Shown here in pieces: positions 29,966 to 39,560 of a stretch of 64,000 nucleotides of DNA. Within the stretch, counting starts at the first letter, position 1. The number at the start of each line of letters is the position of its first letter. This DNA is from Myxococcota bacterium (GTDB lineage Bacteria; Myxococcota_A; UBA796; CAJQPC01): positions 27,647 to 91,646 of the forward strand of contig JAZAMN010000018.1 of the NCBI GenBank assembly GCA_036229005.1, in the 5' to 3' direction. A model generated the notes under the pieces. It saw only the letters and a list, made by a program, of their open reading frames with translations. It did no database searches and was not told where the DNA came from. The position numbers and the translations under genes are program-made.

Positions 29966-30817
29966 ATGCACTGGACGCTGCTGCTGACCGCCCTGGCCCT
30001 GGGGGCCGTGGCCCAATCGGAGTGGGACGACCTGCAGGGCCACACCGTGCGCCTGGAGTCCACCGAGGGCCGCCAGCTCACCGGCACCCTGCTCTCCCAG
30101 ACCGACACCACCCTCCGCCTGCGCCGCAGCAGCGATGGCGCTCTGGTCGAGGTGCCCAAGGACCAGGTGTCCTCGGTGGTGGATCTCAGCCCCGCACCCG
30201 CGCAGGAGCCCCAGCAGGAGGAGGAGGTGGGGACCGCAGCCTCCACACACCCCGATCCACCTCCCCCGGATCCAGCCCCCTCCACCCCCTCGACCCCCGC
30301 GACCACCGGCGAGGACACGCTGGCGCAGACCGCCCCACAGACCCCGCCCGAGCCCGCAAACCCGGTCGAGCAGCAGATCCAGGAGACCCTCAAGCCCGTC
30401 AAGGTCCCTGCCCAGAAGGAGGTCAGCTCCGAGCTGCTCTACCGCGACGGCTACACCGCCGGGCAGCTCCAGGCCGCCACGGAACGCACCTTCGCCCCGG
30501 CCGCGATCAGCGCCTGCGCCGTGGGAGGCGCCACCGCGCTGGGCTGCGTGTCCCCCATTCCGGCCCTGGGCTGCGTGCTCGGGCTGGGCACATTGGGGCT
30601 CCCGCCGGCCTGGTACGGCGTCGCCCAACCCCTGCTGGAGGAGCCCCGCGCGGTGGCCGCCCCCAGCGAAGAGCCCGCCCCCTACGCCGTCGGATATGCC
30701 CAGGGATACCTGGATGAAACCGGAAAGCGCAAGGCCCAGGCGGCCATGCTCGGGGGCACCGCCGGGCTGCTGGCCGGAGCCCTGGTGGGGATCAGCGTCG
30801 CCGCCACCTTGGAGTAG
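29966..30817 (+). CDS. Secreted/membrane hypothetical protein with Pro-rich linker
   Basis: AAGGAG RBS, signal peptide, C-terminal hydrophobic helices. Confidence 0.7.
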   Translation: MHWTLLLTALALGAVAQSEWDDLQGHTVRLESTEGRQLTGTLLSQTDTTLRLRRSSDGALVEVPKDQVSSVVDLSPAPAQEPQQEEEVGTAASTHPDPPPPDPAPSTPSTPATTGEDTLAQTAPQTPPEPANPVEQQIQETLKPVKVPAQKEVSSELLYRDGYTAGQLQAATERTFAPAAISACAVGGATALGCVSPIPALGCVLGLGTLGLPPAWYGVAQPLLEEPRAVAAPSEEPAPYAVGYAQGYLDETGKRKAQAAMLGGTAGLLAGALVGISVAATLE

Positions 30818-30946
30818 CCAGATCCCAGCGCGGACCCCCATTGTGGACATCGGGGCTGGCCGTTCCGGTGCAACCACGCGATACTCGTGGACTCTTTGAC
30901 CGAGGCGCCCAGGCGGCCCTCGCGCGCACGACCAGCAGGAGAGCCA

Positions 30947-32347
30947 GTGAACAACGTCCATGATGGACCCGTCGTCATCGTCGGAGGTGGCGTCACCGGA
31001 CTGGTGTCCGCCCAGCTCCTGCTGGAGGCCGGCTGCGAGGTCGTCGTCATCGAGCGCGAGCCCCTGGCCGGCGGCCTGGCCCGCTCCCACCGCTACGAGG
31101 GCGGGGACTGGACCTTCGACATCGGGCCCCACCGCTTCCACACCGAGAACCCGAACATCAAGGCCTACCTGGACCGGGTGATCAAGGGCGAGTGCACGCT
31201 CTTCCCGCGCTGCTCCGAGGTCTACTTCCAGGGCAAGTACTACCGCTGGCCCCTGCACCCCAAGAACCTGCTGCAGCTCCCCAAGGACATGGCCGCCAAG
31301 GCTTTTGTCGATCTGGCGGTCAACAACTTCCGCACCTACGAGGTCGACACCTTCGAGCAGTACGTCCTGCGCCAGTACGGGCCCACGCTCTACAAGCACT
31401 TCTTTGGCGGCTACACCCAGAAGTTCCTGGGCCTGGACCCCGCGGAGACCCACCCCGACTGGGCCAAGGTGGGCCTGAACCGGGCGATCATCGACGACAA
31501 GATGCAGATGCAGAACCTCACGCAGCTGCTCAAGACCACCCTGACCCAGTTCAACAAGGCCGAGATCGACTTCCTGTACCCCGAGCGCGGGATGCAGCAG
31601 GCCTGGGAGAAGGTCTCCGCGATCATCGAGGGTCTGGGTGGCCGCATCATCACGGGCACACCGGCCCGCATGGAGGGTGGGAACGGACGCGTCGAGCGCA
31701 TCTACGCCGGCGACGAGGTCTTCGAGCCCGCGGCCGTGATCTGGACCGCCCCCATCACCGTGGCGACCCGCCAGCTCCAGGTGCACACCCCCAACCTGCC
31801 CTACCTGGGCATGCTCACCTTCAACGTGCTCGCCCAGGCCGACCCGCCCCGCAAGTACCAGTGGTGCTACTACGGGGCCAGCGACCTGATCTTCTCGCGC
31901 ACCAGCATCCCCAAGTACCTGAGCCCGGGGACCGTCCCGGACAGCTCGGCGGTGGGCATCTGCTGCGAGGTCACCTGCATGCAGGGCGACGAGCGCTGGC
32001 AGCACGCCGAGCGCCTGACCGACTGGGTGGTGGACGACCTGATCAAGGTGGGCATGCTCAAGTCCCGCCGTCAGGTGCACGACGTGCACGTCGAGCGCAC
32101 CCCCGAGAGCTACCCCATCTACCACAAGCACTACCCGGCGGAGCTGGAGAAGGCCCGCAAGGGCTTGGCATCCTTCCAGAACCTCCACCTGGCCGGCCGC
32201 ACCGGGCTGTTCTGGTACAACAACATGGACCACTCCATCGAGAACGCCATGCAGCTCTGCAAGCGGCTGCTGCGGCAGGCGGGCCACGAGCACGTCGATG
32301 AGTCCAGCCTGGCGCAGGGCAAGCTGCTGGAAGACCGGGTGGCCTGA
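30947..32347 (+). CDS. FAD-dependent oxidoreductase (HemY/UDP-galactopyranose mutase-like)
   Basis: GGGVTG dinucleotide motif, GGLARS, FDIGPHRF, GRTGLFWYNNMDHS. Confidence 0.88.
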   Translation: MNNVHDGPVVIVGGGVTGLVSAQLLLEAGCEVVVIEREPLAGGLARSHRYEGGDWTFDIGPHRFHTENPNIKAYLDRVIKGECTLFPRCSEVYFQGKYYRWPLHPKNLLQLPKDMAAKAFVDLAVNNFRTYEVDTFEQYVLRQYGPTLYKHFFGGYTQKFLGLDPAETHPDWAKVGLNRAIIDDKMQMQNLTQLLKTTLTQFNKAEIDFLYPERGMQQAWEKVSAIIEGLGGRIITGTPARMEGGNGRVERIYAGDEVFEPAAVIWTAPITVATRQLQVHTPNLPYLGMLTFNVLAQADPPRKYQWCYYGASDLIFSRTSIPKYLSPGTVPDSSAVGICCEVTCMQGDERWQHAERLTDWVVDDLIKVGMLKSRRQVHDVHVERTPESYPIYHKHYPAELEKARKGLASFQNLHLAGRTGLFWYNNMDHSIENAMQLCKRLLRQAGHEHVDESSLAQGKLLEDRVA

Positions 32348-33693
32348 TGACCGCTCCGCTCGAGGCATCGGACCTTCTGGCCGATCCGGCCGAGGTCCTG
32401 CACCGCCTCGCGGAGCAGCCTGGCTTTGCGCACTTCTCCGACCGCGCCCTCTGGGAGCTGGCCCGCCGCTTCACGCTGCGGAGCTGCTCCCCCGGGGAGC
32501 TCCTCTGCCGGGCCGGTCAGGTCGACGCGCACTTCTACGTGCTGCTGGAGGGCACCCTGGTCCTCAGCCGCCCCAGCGGCCGCGAGCTCGGCGAGCTGGG
32601 CCCCGGCAGCATGGTGGGGGACCGCGGCCTGCTCGAGGGCCTCCCCCGCTCCACCGACGTGCGCTCCCGCTGCCACAGCCTGCTGCTGAGCCTGCAGACG
32701 GAGCAGTACCGCGACCTGATGCTGCACGCGCCCCAGCTCGCCGCGCAGCTCACCCAGACCATCACCAAGGTGGTCTTCAAGCGCTCCACGCGTCAGGACG
32801 AGGGCTCGCCGGGGGTGCTCGGCGGGCGCTACCGCTGCCTGCGCAAGCTGGGTCAGGGCGGCATGGCCCAGGTCTGGCTGGCCCGCGACGAGAAGCTGGG
32901 CGTGGACCGGGCCATCAAGCTGCTGGCCCCCCGCCTGCACGCCCAGGAGGCCGCCCGCGAGCGCTTCGAGATCGAGGCCCGCACCATGGCCGCCCTGCGC
33001 CACCCCCACGTGGTCACCGTCCACGACGTGCACGTGGGCCCCGAGCACGCCTACATGGTGCAGGAGGTCGCCCCCGGTGGCAGCCTCGCCCAGCAGGTGC
33101 AGCGCCGCGGCCCCTTGGCACCCCGGCGCGCGGCCGAGGTGATCATCGCCGTCCTCCGGGCCCTGGAGGCGGCCCACCGTCAGCGCCTGGTGCACCGGGA
33201 CGTCAAGCCCCACAACATCCTGTTCCGGCGGGACGGCACCCCCCTGCTCACCGACTTCGGCATCGCCCGCCTGCTGGACTGGGACTCGCCCCGGGCCCGC
33301 TCCCTGCCCCTGGCCGGCTCCGGGGGCTACATGGCGCCCGAGCAGCGCATGGACCCCAAGGGCGCAGGCACCCAGGCCGATCTCTACGGCGCCGGCGCCA
33401 CCCTCTACGCCGCCCTCACCGGCCAGAGCCCCCCCGAGCTCTTCGCCCGCGAGGTCCAGCGCCGCCTGAGCGAGGAGCTCCCAGCCCCCCTGGCCCGCGT
33501 GCTGCACCTGTCCACCTGCTACCTGCCCCAGGAGCGCTACCGGGACGCCGCGACCATGCGCCGGGCCCTGGAGCGCGCCCTGCCCGAGCTGGGTGCGCAG
33601 GTCCTCGCCGGCGCCAAGAGCTCCCTGCCCGTGTCGCTCACCCAGGAGACCATGGAGGTGGGCGAGTGGGTGCACGCAGAGGACGACACCTGA
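32347..33693 (+). CDS. cNMP-binding domain + Ser/Thr protein kinase
   Basis: GPGSMVGD...PRST cNMP motif; GQGGMA, AIK, HRDVKPHN, DFG, YMAPE. Confidence 0.93.
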   Translation: MTAPLEASDLLADPAEVLHRLAEQPGFAHFSDRALWELARRFTLRSCSPGELLCRAGQVDAHFYVLLEGTLVLSRPSGRELGELGPGSMVGDRGLLEGLPRSTDVRSRCHSLLLSLQTEQYRDLMLHAPQLAAQLTQTITKVVFKRSTRQDEGSPGVLGGRYRCLRKLGQGGMAQVWLARDEKLGVDRAIKLLAPRLHAQEAARERFEIEARTMAALRHPHVVTVHDVHVGPEHAYMVQEVAPGGSLAQQVQRRGPLAPRRAAEVIIAVLRALEAAHRQRLVHRDVKPHNILFRRDGTPLLTDFGIARLLDWDSPRARSLPLAGSGGYMAPEQRMDPKGAGTQADLYGAGATLYAALTGQSPPELFAREVQRRLSEELPAPLARVLHLSTCYLPQERYRDAATMRRALERALPELGAQVLAGAKSSLPVSLTQETMEVGEWVHAEDDT

Positions 33694-33725
33694 CCTCCCC
33701 CGGCCTTGAGGGTTAAGCGCGACGG

Positions 33726-35222
33726 ATGTCCTGGCAGCACATCGAGCGCATCCGCGACCGCCTGGCCGATGAGCAGGGTCCCCCCTTTGTGGAGGGCCCG
33801 CGCCGCGTCTGCCTGCTCTACCCCAGCCCCTACCGCGTGGGGATGTCGTCGCTGGGCTTCCAGTGGATCCACAACGTGCTGGCCGAAGCCGGCTTCTCGG
33901 TGGAGCGCGCCTTCCTGCCCGACGACCCAGAGGCCTGGCGCAAGAGCCGCACGCCGCTGCTGAGCTACGAGACCCAGACGCCCGTGTCGGACTTCCACGT
34001 CATCGGCGTCTCGGTGGCCTACGAGCTGGAGCTGGCCGGGCTGATCACCGCCCTGGAGCTGGCCGGGATCCACCCCCTGCGGGAGCAGCGGAGGGAAGAC
34101 GATCCCTGGATCTTCATGGGGGGACCGCTCACCTTCTCCAACCCCCTGCCCGCGGTCCCATTCGTCGACGCCATGCTGCTCGGCGAGGCAGAAGAGGCCG
34201 TGGTCCCCGCCGTGGACTCCGCGCTGTCCGACACCCGCGAGACCTGGCTGGACACCATCGAGTCCCTGCCCGGGGGCTTCGTGCCGGAGCGCTGCGCGGA
34301 CCCCTTCGGGCGCCCCGCGCTGCCCCCAGTCGCCAAGGCCTCCGACGCCCTGCTGCCCGCCCGCTCGCGCATCGTGACCCCCCACGCCGAGCTCTCCAAC
34401 ATGTTCCTGCTGGAGGGCGAGCGCGGCTGTCACCGCCAGTGCACCTTCTGCGTGATGCGGCGCTCCACCAACGGCGGCATGCGCCTGGTGACCCCCGACC
34501 GGGTGCTGTCCTTCGTGCCTGAGCACGCCCCCCGCGTGGGCCTGGTGGGCGCCGCCATCTCCGACCACCCCAAGCTGGTCGACGTGCTCCAGGCCCTGGT
34601 GGACGCCGGCAAGGGCATCGGCATCTCCTCGCTGCGGGCGGACCGGGTGGCGCGCCGTCCGGACATCGCGCGGCTGCTGCGCGAGGGCGGCTACAAGACC
34701 CTGACCGTCGCCAGTGACGCGGCCAGCCAGCGCCTGCGGCGCACCATCGCCAAGGGCACCGTCGAGCGGCACCTGCTGCACTGCGCCCAGCTCGCCTCCG
34801 AGCACCGCTACAAGGTCTTCAAGGTCTACATGATGCTGGGCCTGCCCGACGAGCGGGACGAGGACCTGGACGAGCTGATCCGCTTCTCCACCGAGCTCGC
34901 GGCCATCCACCCCACGGCCCTGGGCATCGCGCCCTTTGTGCCCAAGTTCAACACCCCCATGATCGACGCCGGCTTCGCGGGCATCAAGGTCGTGGAGCGG
35001 CGGCTCAAGATCTTGAACAAGGCCCTGCGCGGCAAGGTCGACGTGCGCGCCACCAGCGCCCGCTGGGCCTGGGTCGAGGCCGTACTGGCCCAGGGCGGCG
35101 CCCAGGAGGGCCTGGCGGTCTACCGGGCCGTTCAAGGGGGCGGGCGCTTCGCCGACTACAAGCGGGCCTTCAAGGAGTCGGACGGGCGGGCGATGGCGGC
35201 GCTGGAGCGAGCGTCGGCCTGA
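33726..35222 (+). CDS. Radical SAM protein with B12-binding-like N-terminus
   Basis: YPSPYRVGMSSLG, ERGCHRQCTFC, SSLRAD, YMMLGLP, FVPK.NTP. Confidence 0.9.
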   Translation: MSWQHIERIRDRLADEQGPPFVEGPRRVCLLYPSPYRVGMSSLGFQWIHNVLAEAGFSVERAFLPDDPEAWRKSRTPLLSYETQTPVSDFHVIGVSVAYELELAGLITALELAGIHPLREQRREDDPWIFMGGPLTFSNPLPAVPFVDAMLLGEAEEAVVPAVDSALSDTRETWLDTIESLPGGFVPERCADPFGRPALPPVAKASDALLPARSRIVTPHAELSNMFLLEGERGCHRQCTFCVMRRSTNGGMRLVTPDRVLSFVPEHAPRVGLVGAAISDHPKLVDVLQALVDAGKGIGISSLRADRVARRPDIARLLREGGYKTLTVASDAASQRLRRTIAKGTVERHLLHCAQLASEHRYKVFKVYMMLGLPDERDEDLDELIRFSTELAAIHPTALGIAPFVPKFNTPMIDAGFAGIKVVERRLKILNKALRGKVDVRATSARWAWVEAVLAQGGAQEGLAVYRAVQGGGRFADYKRAFKESDGRAMAALERASA

Positions 35223-35227
35223 CACTG

Positions 35228-35435
35228 GCGCAACCCCGACTGAATGCACCCGCTGGCCGCGCAACCCCGACTGAGTGCCCCCCCTTGGCGCCTGTCCGGG
35301 CGCGATCCAGCCTCGCGATGGTGCATTCACATGGGGTTGCGCGCCGGCTCGGTGCACTCACAGGGGGTTGCGCGCCGGCTCGGTGCATTCACATGGGGTT
35401 GCGTCCTGCGTAGGTGCATTCGACTGGGGTTGGGG
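35228..35435. repeat. Inverted arrays of a 23-bp unit, 31-bp period (2 + 4 copies)
   Basis: GCGCAACCCC-N3-TGAATGCACC at 35228, 35259; reverse complement at 35320, 35351, 35382, 35413. Confidence 0.9.
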
Positions 35436-35515
35436 GGCACCAGCCTGTCCTCGCCGGCACGCACAAGTCCAGAGATGCGCCATTGAGGTCCCCAGCCCGG
35501 GGGTTAGGAGTGGGC

Positions 35516-36949
35516 ATGTCTGGAGAGACCATGTCCACCCCCTTCCCCTCCCTGGTGATCTCGGCCGACGGCTTCGAGGCGCAGGGCTCATTCGCCGAGA
35601 GCCAGGCCACCTTCCTGAACCCGGACCCCAAGGTGGTCTCCGACCTGCGGGGGCTGCTGGAGGCCAAGAACGCCGGCGTGGTCGCGCACTTCTACATGGA
35701 CGCGGAGCTGCAGGGGGTGCTGACGGCCTGTGACTGGCCGCACATCTTCATCTCGGACTCGCTGGCGATGGCGGACGCGGCGGTGCGCATGGCGGAGGCC
35801 GGCGTGAAGGCGGTGTTCGTGCTGGGCGTGGACTTCATGTCCGAGAACGTGCGCGCCGTGATGGACCACGCGGGCTTCCCCGACGTGCCCGTGTACCGGC
35901 TGGCGACCGACGCGATCGGCTGCTCCCTGGCGGAGTCCGCGCAGGGCCCCGCGTACAAGGCCTGGCTGGAGAAGGCGGCTCAGGGCGACAACGCGCTGCA
36001 CGTCATCTACATCAACACCGGGCTGGACGTGAAGGCGCGGGCGCACGCGGTGGTGCCGACCATCACCTGCACGTCGAGCAACGTGGTGCAGACCATCCTG
36101 CAGGCGGACAGCCAGATCCCCGGCCTGCGCGTGCACTACGGGCCGGACACCTACATGGGCGAGAACCTGCGGGTGCTCTTTGGGGCCCTGGCGCAGCAGT
36201 CCGACGCCGACATCGCCGCGCTGCACCCCGCCCACGACCAGGCCAGCGTGAAGGCGCTGCTGGAGCGGCTGGACGTCTTCCCCAACGGCAACTGCGTGGT
36301 GCACCACATGTTCGGGGACGCCGTCGCCAAGCAGGTCGAAGAGGACTACGGCGACTGCTACATCACCGCGCACCTGGAGGTCCCCGGGGAGATGTTCGCC
36401 ATCGGGGCCAGGGCTCAAGCGGCTGGGACGGGGGTCGTCGGATCGACCTCCAACATCCTGGGATTCATCCGCACCAAGCTCAACGAGGCTCTGGGTGCAG
36501 ACGAGCCCACCCGTCTGCGCTTCGTCCTGGGCACCGAGGCCGGCATGCTCACCGCCATCGTGAAGGCCGTGCGCTCGTTGCTCCAGGCCAGCGGACGCAC
36601 GGATGTGGACGTCGAGATCATCTTCCCCGTCGCCCAGGAGGTCGCCGCACAGACCGACGTCGAGGGCCTGGGGATCCTGCCCGCGGTGGCCGGCGGCGAA
36701 GGCTGCAGCACGGCGGGCGGGTGCGCGAGCTGCCCCTTCATGAAGATGAACGAGCTGGAGGGGCTCTTCGAGCTGCTGGAGTCCCTGGGCGGCGACCGGG
36801 ACCTGAGCGGCTACCACCCCAAGGTCTACAGCGAGCGCCTGGGCGACCGATCCCTGGCCGAGGTGGGCACCGAGCCCATCCTGCACATGCGGCACTTCCA
36901 GCGCAGCGGCGAGATGGCTGCCGCGCTGGTGGACGCCGTCACCGCGTAG
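35516..36949 (+). CDS. nadA: Quinolinate synthase (plant-like type); start may be 35531
   Basis: VVAHFYMD, ISDSL.MAD, GVDFMSEN, IGCSLA, YINT, CTSSN, CVVH, HLEVP, GSTS, CPFMKMN. Confidence 0.93.
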   Translation: MSGETMSTPFPSLVISADGFEAQGSFAESQATFLNPDPKVVSDLRGLLEAKNAGVVAHFYMDAELQGVLTACDWPHIFISDSLAMADAAVRMAEAGVKAVFVLGVDFMSENVRAVMDHAGFPDVPVYRLATDAIGCSLAESAQGPAYKAWLEKAAQGDNALHVIYINTGLDVKARAHAVVPTITCTSSNVVQTILQADSQIPGLRVHYGPDTYMGENLRVLFGALAQQSDADIAALHPAHDQASVKALLERLDVFPNGNCVVHHMFGDAVAKQVEEDYGDCYITAHLEVPGEMFAIGARAQAAGTGVVGSTSNILGFIRTKLNEALGADEPTRLRFVLGTEAGMLTAIVKAVRSLLQASGRTDVDVEIIFPVAQEVAAQTDVEGLGILPAVAGGEGCSTAGGCASCPFMKMNELEGLFELLESLGGDRDLSGYHPKVYSERLGDRSLAEVGTEPILHMRHFQRSGEMAAALVDAVTA

Positions 36950-37005
36950 ACAGAGCCCGGCCCAGCGCCGGCTACACTGGAACCCTCAGAGCCAGGTTGG
37001 TGAGC

Positions 37006-38100
37006 ATGCCCGTCGACGTCGAACCGCAGCAGCAGCAGACCCAGGCTCCCAGGGCGCAGCAGCAGGCGCCGGCCGACCACCTCCAGGACCCGCTGGGGGA
37101 GCAGGCCGGCCTCAAGGACAGCCTGGAGACCCAGGACCTGTCCGGCGCCCCCACCCAAGCCGAGCAGCTCCAGGTGGCCAAGCAGGGCTACGAGCAGGCG
37201 CTGGGGAGCCTGCTGGGCGGAGAGCTCTTCAAGGTGGTCTCCAAGGAGCTGTCCCGCTCCAAGCTCGAGGGCCTGGCCCAGGACGCGGTAGACGACGCCT
37301 TCTCCTCCGTGAGCGACTGGCTGGTGTCTCAGGTCGGGGCCTCGGAGCAGGCGATCGCCAAGCAGTTCACCGCCGCCCTCGAGAAGGCGCTGGCCCCCCG
37401 AGTCAAGGAGCTGCTCGCGGACTCCGGCGTCACCGACGCGATCTCGGACTACGCGGTGGACTCCCCCTACTCCATGCTGGCCGCGGCGCTGGCGGGGGCC
37501 GCCACCTACATCCTCAGCAACCAGGACCTCCCCACCCTCAAGCGGAAGCTGGGGCTGGGCGCCGGCCACACCCTGCTGGCCAAGTTGGACCTGGGCAGCA
37601 CCCTGGACATCGCCATCCGCCAGGCCACGGCCAGCTACCAGTACAAGCGGGGCGGCACCTCGGCCGAGCTCAGCGGCAGCTACGCCCCCGAGGACCCGGC
37701 CACCAGCCTCCAGGGCGCGCTCAAGCACAGCGACGCGAGCGGGAGCTACGGCCTGCAGGGCAGCTACACCCACTCCGAGGGCAGCGAGGCCGCCGCGCTG
37801 GCCGCGACCTACAGCAACCAGGACCTCAGCGCGAAGCTCTTTGGCAAGCACACCCGAGAGGACGGCAAGAGCCTGGGCTCGGTGGGCGCCGAGCTCCGCG
37901 GAAAGTACGGCGCGGATGGCAACGCCAGCTACTTCGCCACCGGGCAGTACAACTCCGACGACACCTGGAAGGCCAGCGCGGGCACCAGCTTCGGCGACGC
38001 GAGCGACGGCGGCGCCTGGAACCTGGAGGCCTTCGCCGAAGAGCGCGCCAACGCCAAGGACAACTGGGGCGCCAAGCTCATGTACCAGCTCCGCTTCTGA
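37006..38100 (+). CDS. Hypothetical protein: Gln-rich leader, helical middle, beta-rich C-terminus ending YQLRF
   Basis: Strong codon bias; amphipathic beta-strands and terminal Phe; no classical signal peptide. Confidence 0.75.
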   Translation: MPVDVEPQQQQTQAPRAQQQAPADHLQDPLGEQAGLKDSLETQDLSGAPTQAEQLQVAKQGYEQALGSLLGGELFKVVSKELSRSKLEGLAQDAVDDAFSSVSDWLVSQVGASEQAIAKQFTAALEKALAPRVKELLADSGVTDAISDYAVDSPYSMLAAALAGAATYILSNQDLPTLKRKLGLGAGHTLLAKLDLGSTLDIAIRQATASYQYKRGGTSAELSGSYAPEDPATSLQGALKHSDASGSYGLQGSYTHSEGSEAAALAATYSNQDLSAKLFGKHTREDGKSLGSVGAELRGKYGADGNASYFATGQYNSDDTWKASAGTSFGDASDGGAWNLEAFAEERANAKDNWGAKLMYQLRF

Positions 38101-38180
38101 GCGCCGACGACGGGGCTGCCTGAAGCTGTCACAGCATGCCGGTCGCCCCCGGGCTACCCTGGAATCCCCAAGGAGTGCCC

Positions 38181-38435
38181 ATGCCCACCGAGACCGAGAC
38201 CAAGCAGGCTGAAGCCGCCCCCTCCGCCCCCGCGCCCGTTGCAGCGGCCGACCACCTCCAGGACCCCCTGAACGCCGTGCGGGTCCACCAGGGCTCCGGC
38301 CAACCCGCGCAGCTCCAGGCCCAGGCCTACGCGCAGGGGAGCGAGATCCAGGCGGCCCCCGGACAGGAGAGCGCGCTCCCGCACGAGGCCGCCCACGTGG
38401 TGCAGCAGGCCTCCGGGCGTCAGCCCCAGCAGTGA
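38181..38435 (+). CDS. Stand-alone DUF4157 (eCIS core) domain protein
   Basis: AAGGAG RBS; VRVH...QAYAQGSEI..APGQE..LPHEAAHVVQQ. Confidence 0.82.
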   Translation: MPTETETKQAEAAPSAPAPVAAADHLQDPLNAVRVHQGSGQPAQLQAQAYAQGSEIQAAPGQESALPHEAAHVVQQASGRQPQQ

Positions 38436-38480
38436 AATAGGGAGCGCCTGTCCACCGAAAGCGCGGTCCGGAGGCGCCCC

Positions 38481-38825
38481 ATGTCCGACAACCCCTTCCT
38501 GCCCACCACCCAGCGCTACGAGCCCAACGCAAAGGAGCGCAAGGTGGCGGCAGTGGCCCACATCGGGCTGCTGCTCACCGGTGGGCTGGCTGCGCCCATG
38601 ATCTGGCTGATGTTCCGCCAGAACAGCGCCTACGTGACCCGGCACGCCGCCCGCGCGACCCTGGCCCAGTGGGGTGGGATCGCGGCCATCGCCCTGCTGG
38701 GCCCGGTCACCTGCGGGCTGGGCTACCTGCTGGCCCTGCCCCTGATCGGCTTCTCCCTGTGGGAGGCCAACAACGCCTGGAAGGGCCGCTGGGACGCCTT
38801 CAAGCGCAAGCAGATCGAAGGGTAG
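38481..38825 (+). CDS. DUF4870-like small membrane protein
   Basis: ERKVAAVAH...APMIWL...SAYVTRHA. Confidence 0.75.
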   Translation: MSDNPFLPTTQRYEPNAKERKVAAVAHIGLLLTGGLAAPMIWLMFRQNSAYVTRHAARATLAQWGGIAAIALLGPVTCGLGYLLALPLIGFSLWEANNAWKGRWDAFKRKQIEG

Positions 38826-38835
38826 CGTTCGGGGC

Positions 38836-39183
38836 TCAGCGGGCCAGCTCCCGCCGGGTCAACCACTTGTTCGTGATGCCCAGGCAGCAGGTCAAGGGGC
38901 CGGCGCAGTAGAGCAGCGCGCCGATCTGCCAGCTCGCCAGGCGCCTGGCGGCCTCCAGCCCCTCCACACGCTCCATCTCGCCGGCCTTGACCACGTAGCG
39001 CAGCTCGAAGCCGGCCAGGACCCAGCAGGTGATGGCCAGGGGGATGGTCACCAGCCCAGCGGCCCACAGGCCCCCAGAGACGATGTTCCAGATGGCCGAG
39101 GCCAGCACCACGCCTCGAACAGACCAGGGGACGGGGCCGCCGACGCGCTCGGTGGCAGGGACAGGGTGGGCGATTGGGTCCAT
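38836..39183 (-). CDS. Small membrane hypothetical protein
   Basis: Two to three hydrophobic helices. Confidence 0.6.
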   Translation of the reverse strand: MDPIAHPVPATERVGGPVPWSVRGVVLASAIWNIVSGGLWAAGLVTIPLAITCWVLAGFELRYVVKAGEMERVEGLEAARRLASWQIGALLYCAGPLTCCLGITNKWLTRRELAR

Positions 39184-39192
39184 GGGCCGACT

Positions 39193-39429
39193 CTACCGCG
39201 GGAGCGCGCGCAGACCACGCAGCTCGAGCGTGCGGGCCTCCGCCTCCAGCAGCCGGAGCTCGGCTTCGGCGCGCCGGGCCTCCGCCTGGGCCAGCTCTAC
39301 CCGGGCCTGCACCTGGGCCAGCTCCAGTCGGGCCTTCTCGCGCCCGTGCCGCATCCAGGCCAGACCCAACAGCACCAGCCCCAGCACCGGGAGTCCAAAG
39401 AGGATGAAAACCACCAAAAGATCGCTCAT
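39193..39429 (-). CDS. Small TM + coiled-coil hypothetical protein
   Basis: GGAG RBS, TM helix then RLELAQVQARVELAQAEARR. Confidence 0.55.
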   Translation of the reverse strand: MSDLLVVFILFGLPVLGLVLLGLAWMRHGREKARLELAQVQARVELAQAEARRAEAELRLLEAEARTLELRGLRALPR

Positions 39430-39560
39430 TCGCGCTCCATGCCCCATCTACGCCCCCCCTCCCCGAGAGATTTCCTGCGGGGCTGACATCTGCCTTTCCT
39501 CCGCCGACTTGCCCTGCCCAGATCCGCGTTGAGTTTGGGGGGCGGGCTGCCGTTCTCTTC

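Noticed and set aside
35228..35435. CRISPR array
   Set aside because: Linkers are only 8 nt (two identical), units occur in both orientations, and there are no cas genes.
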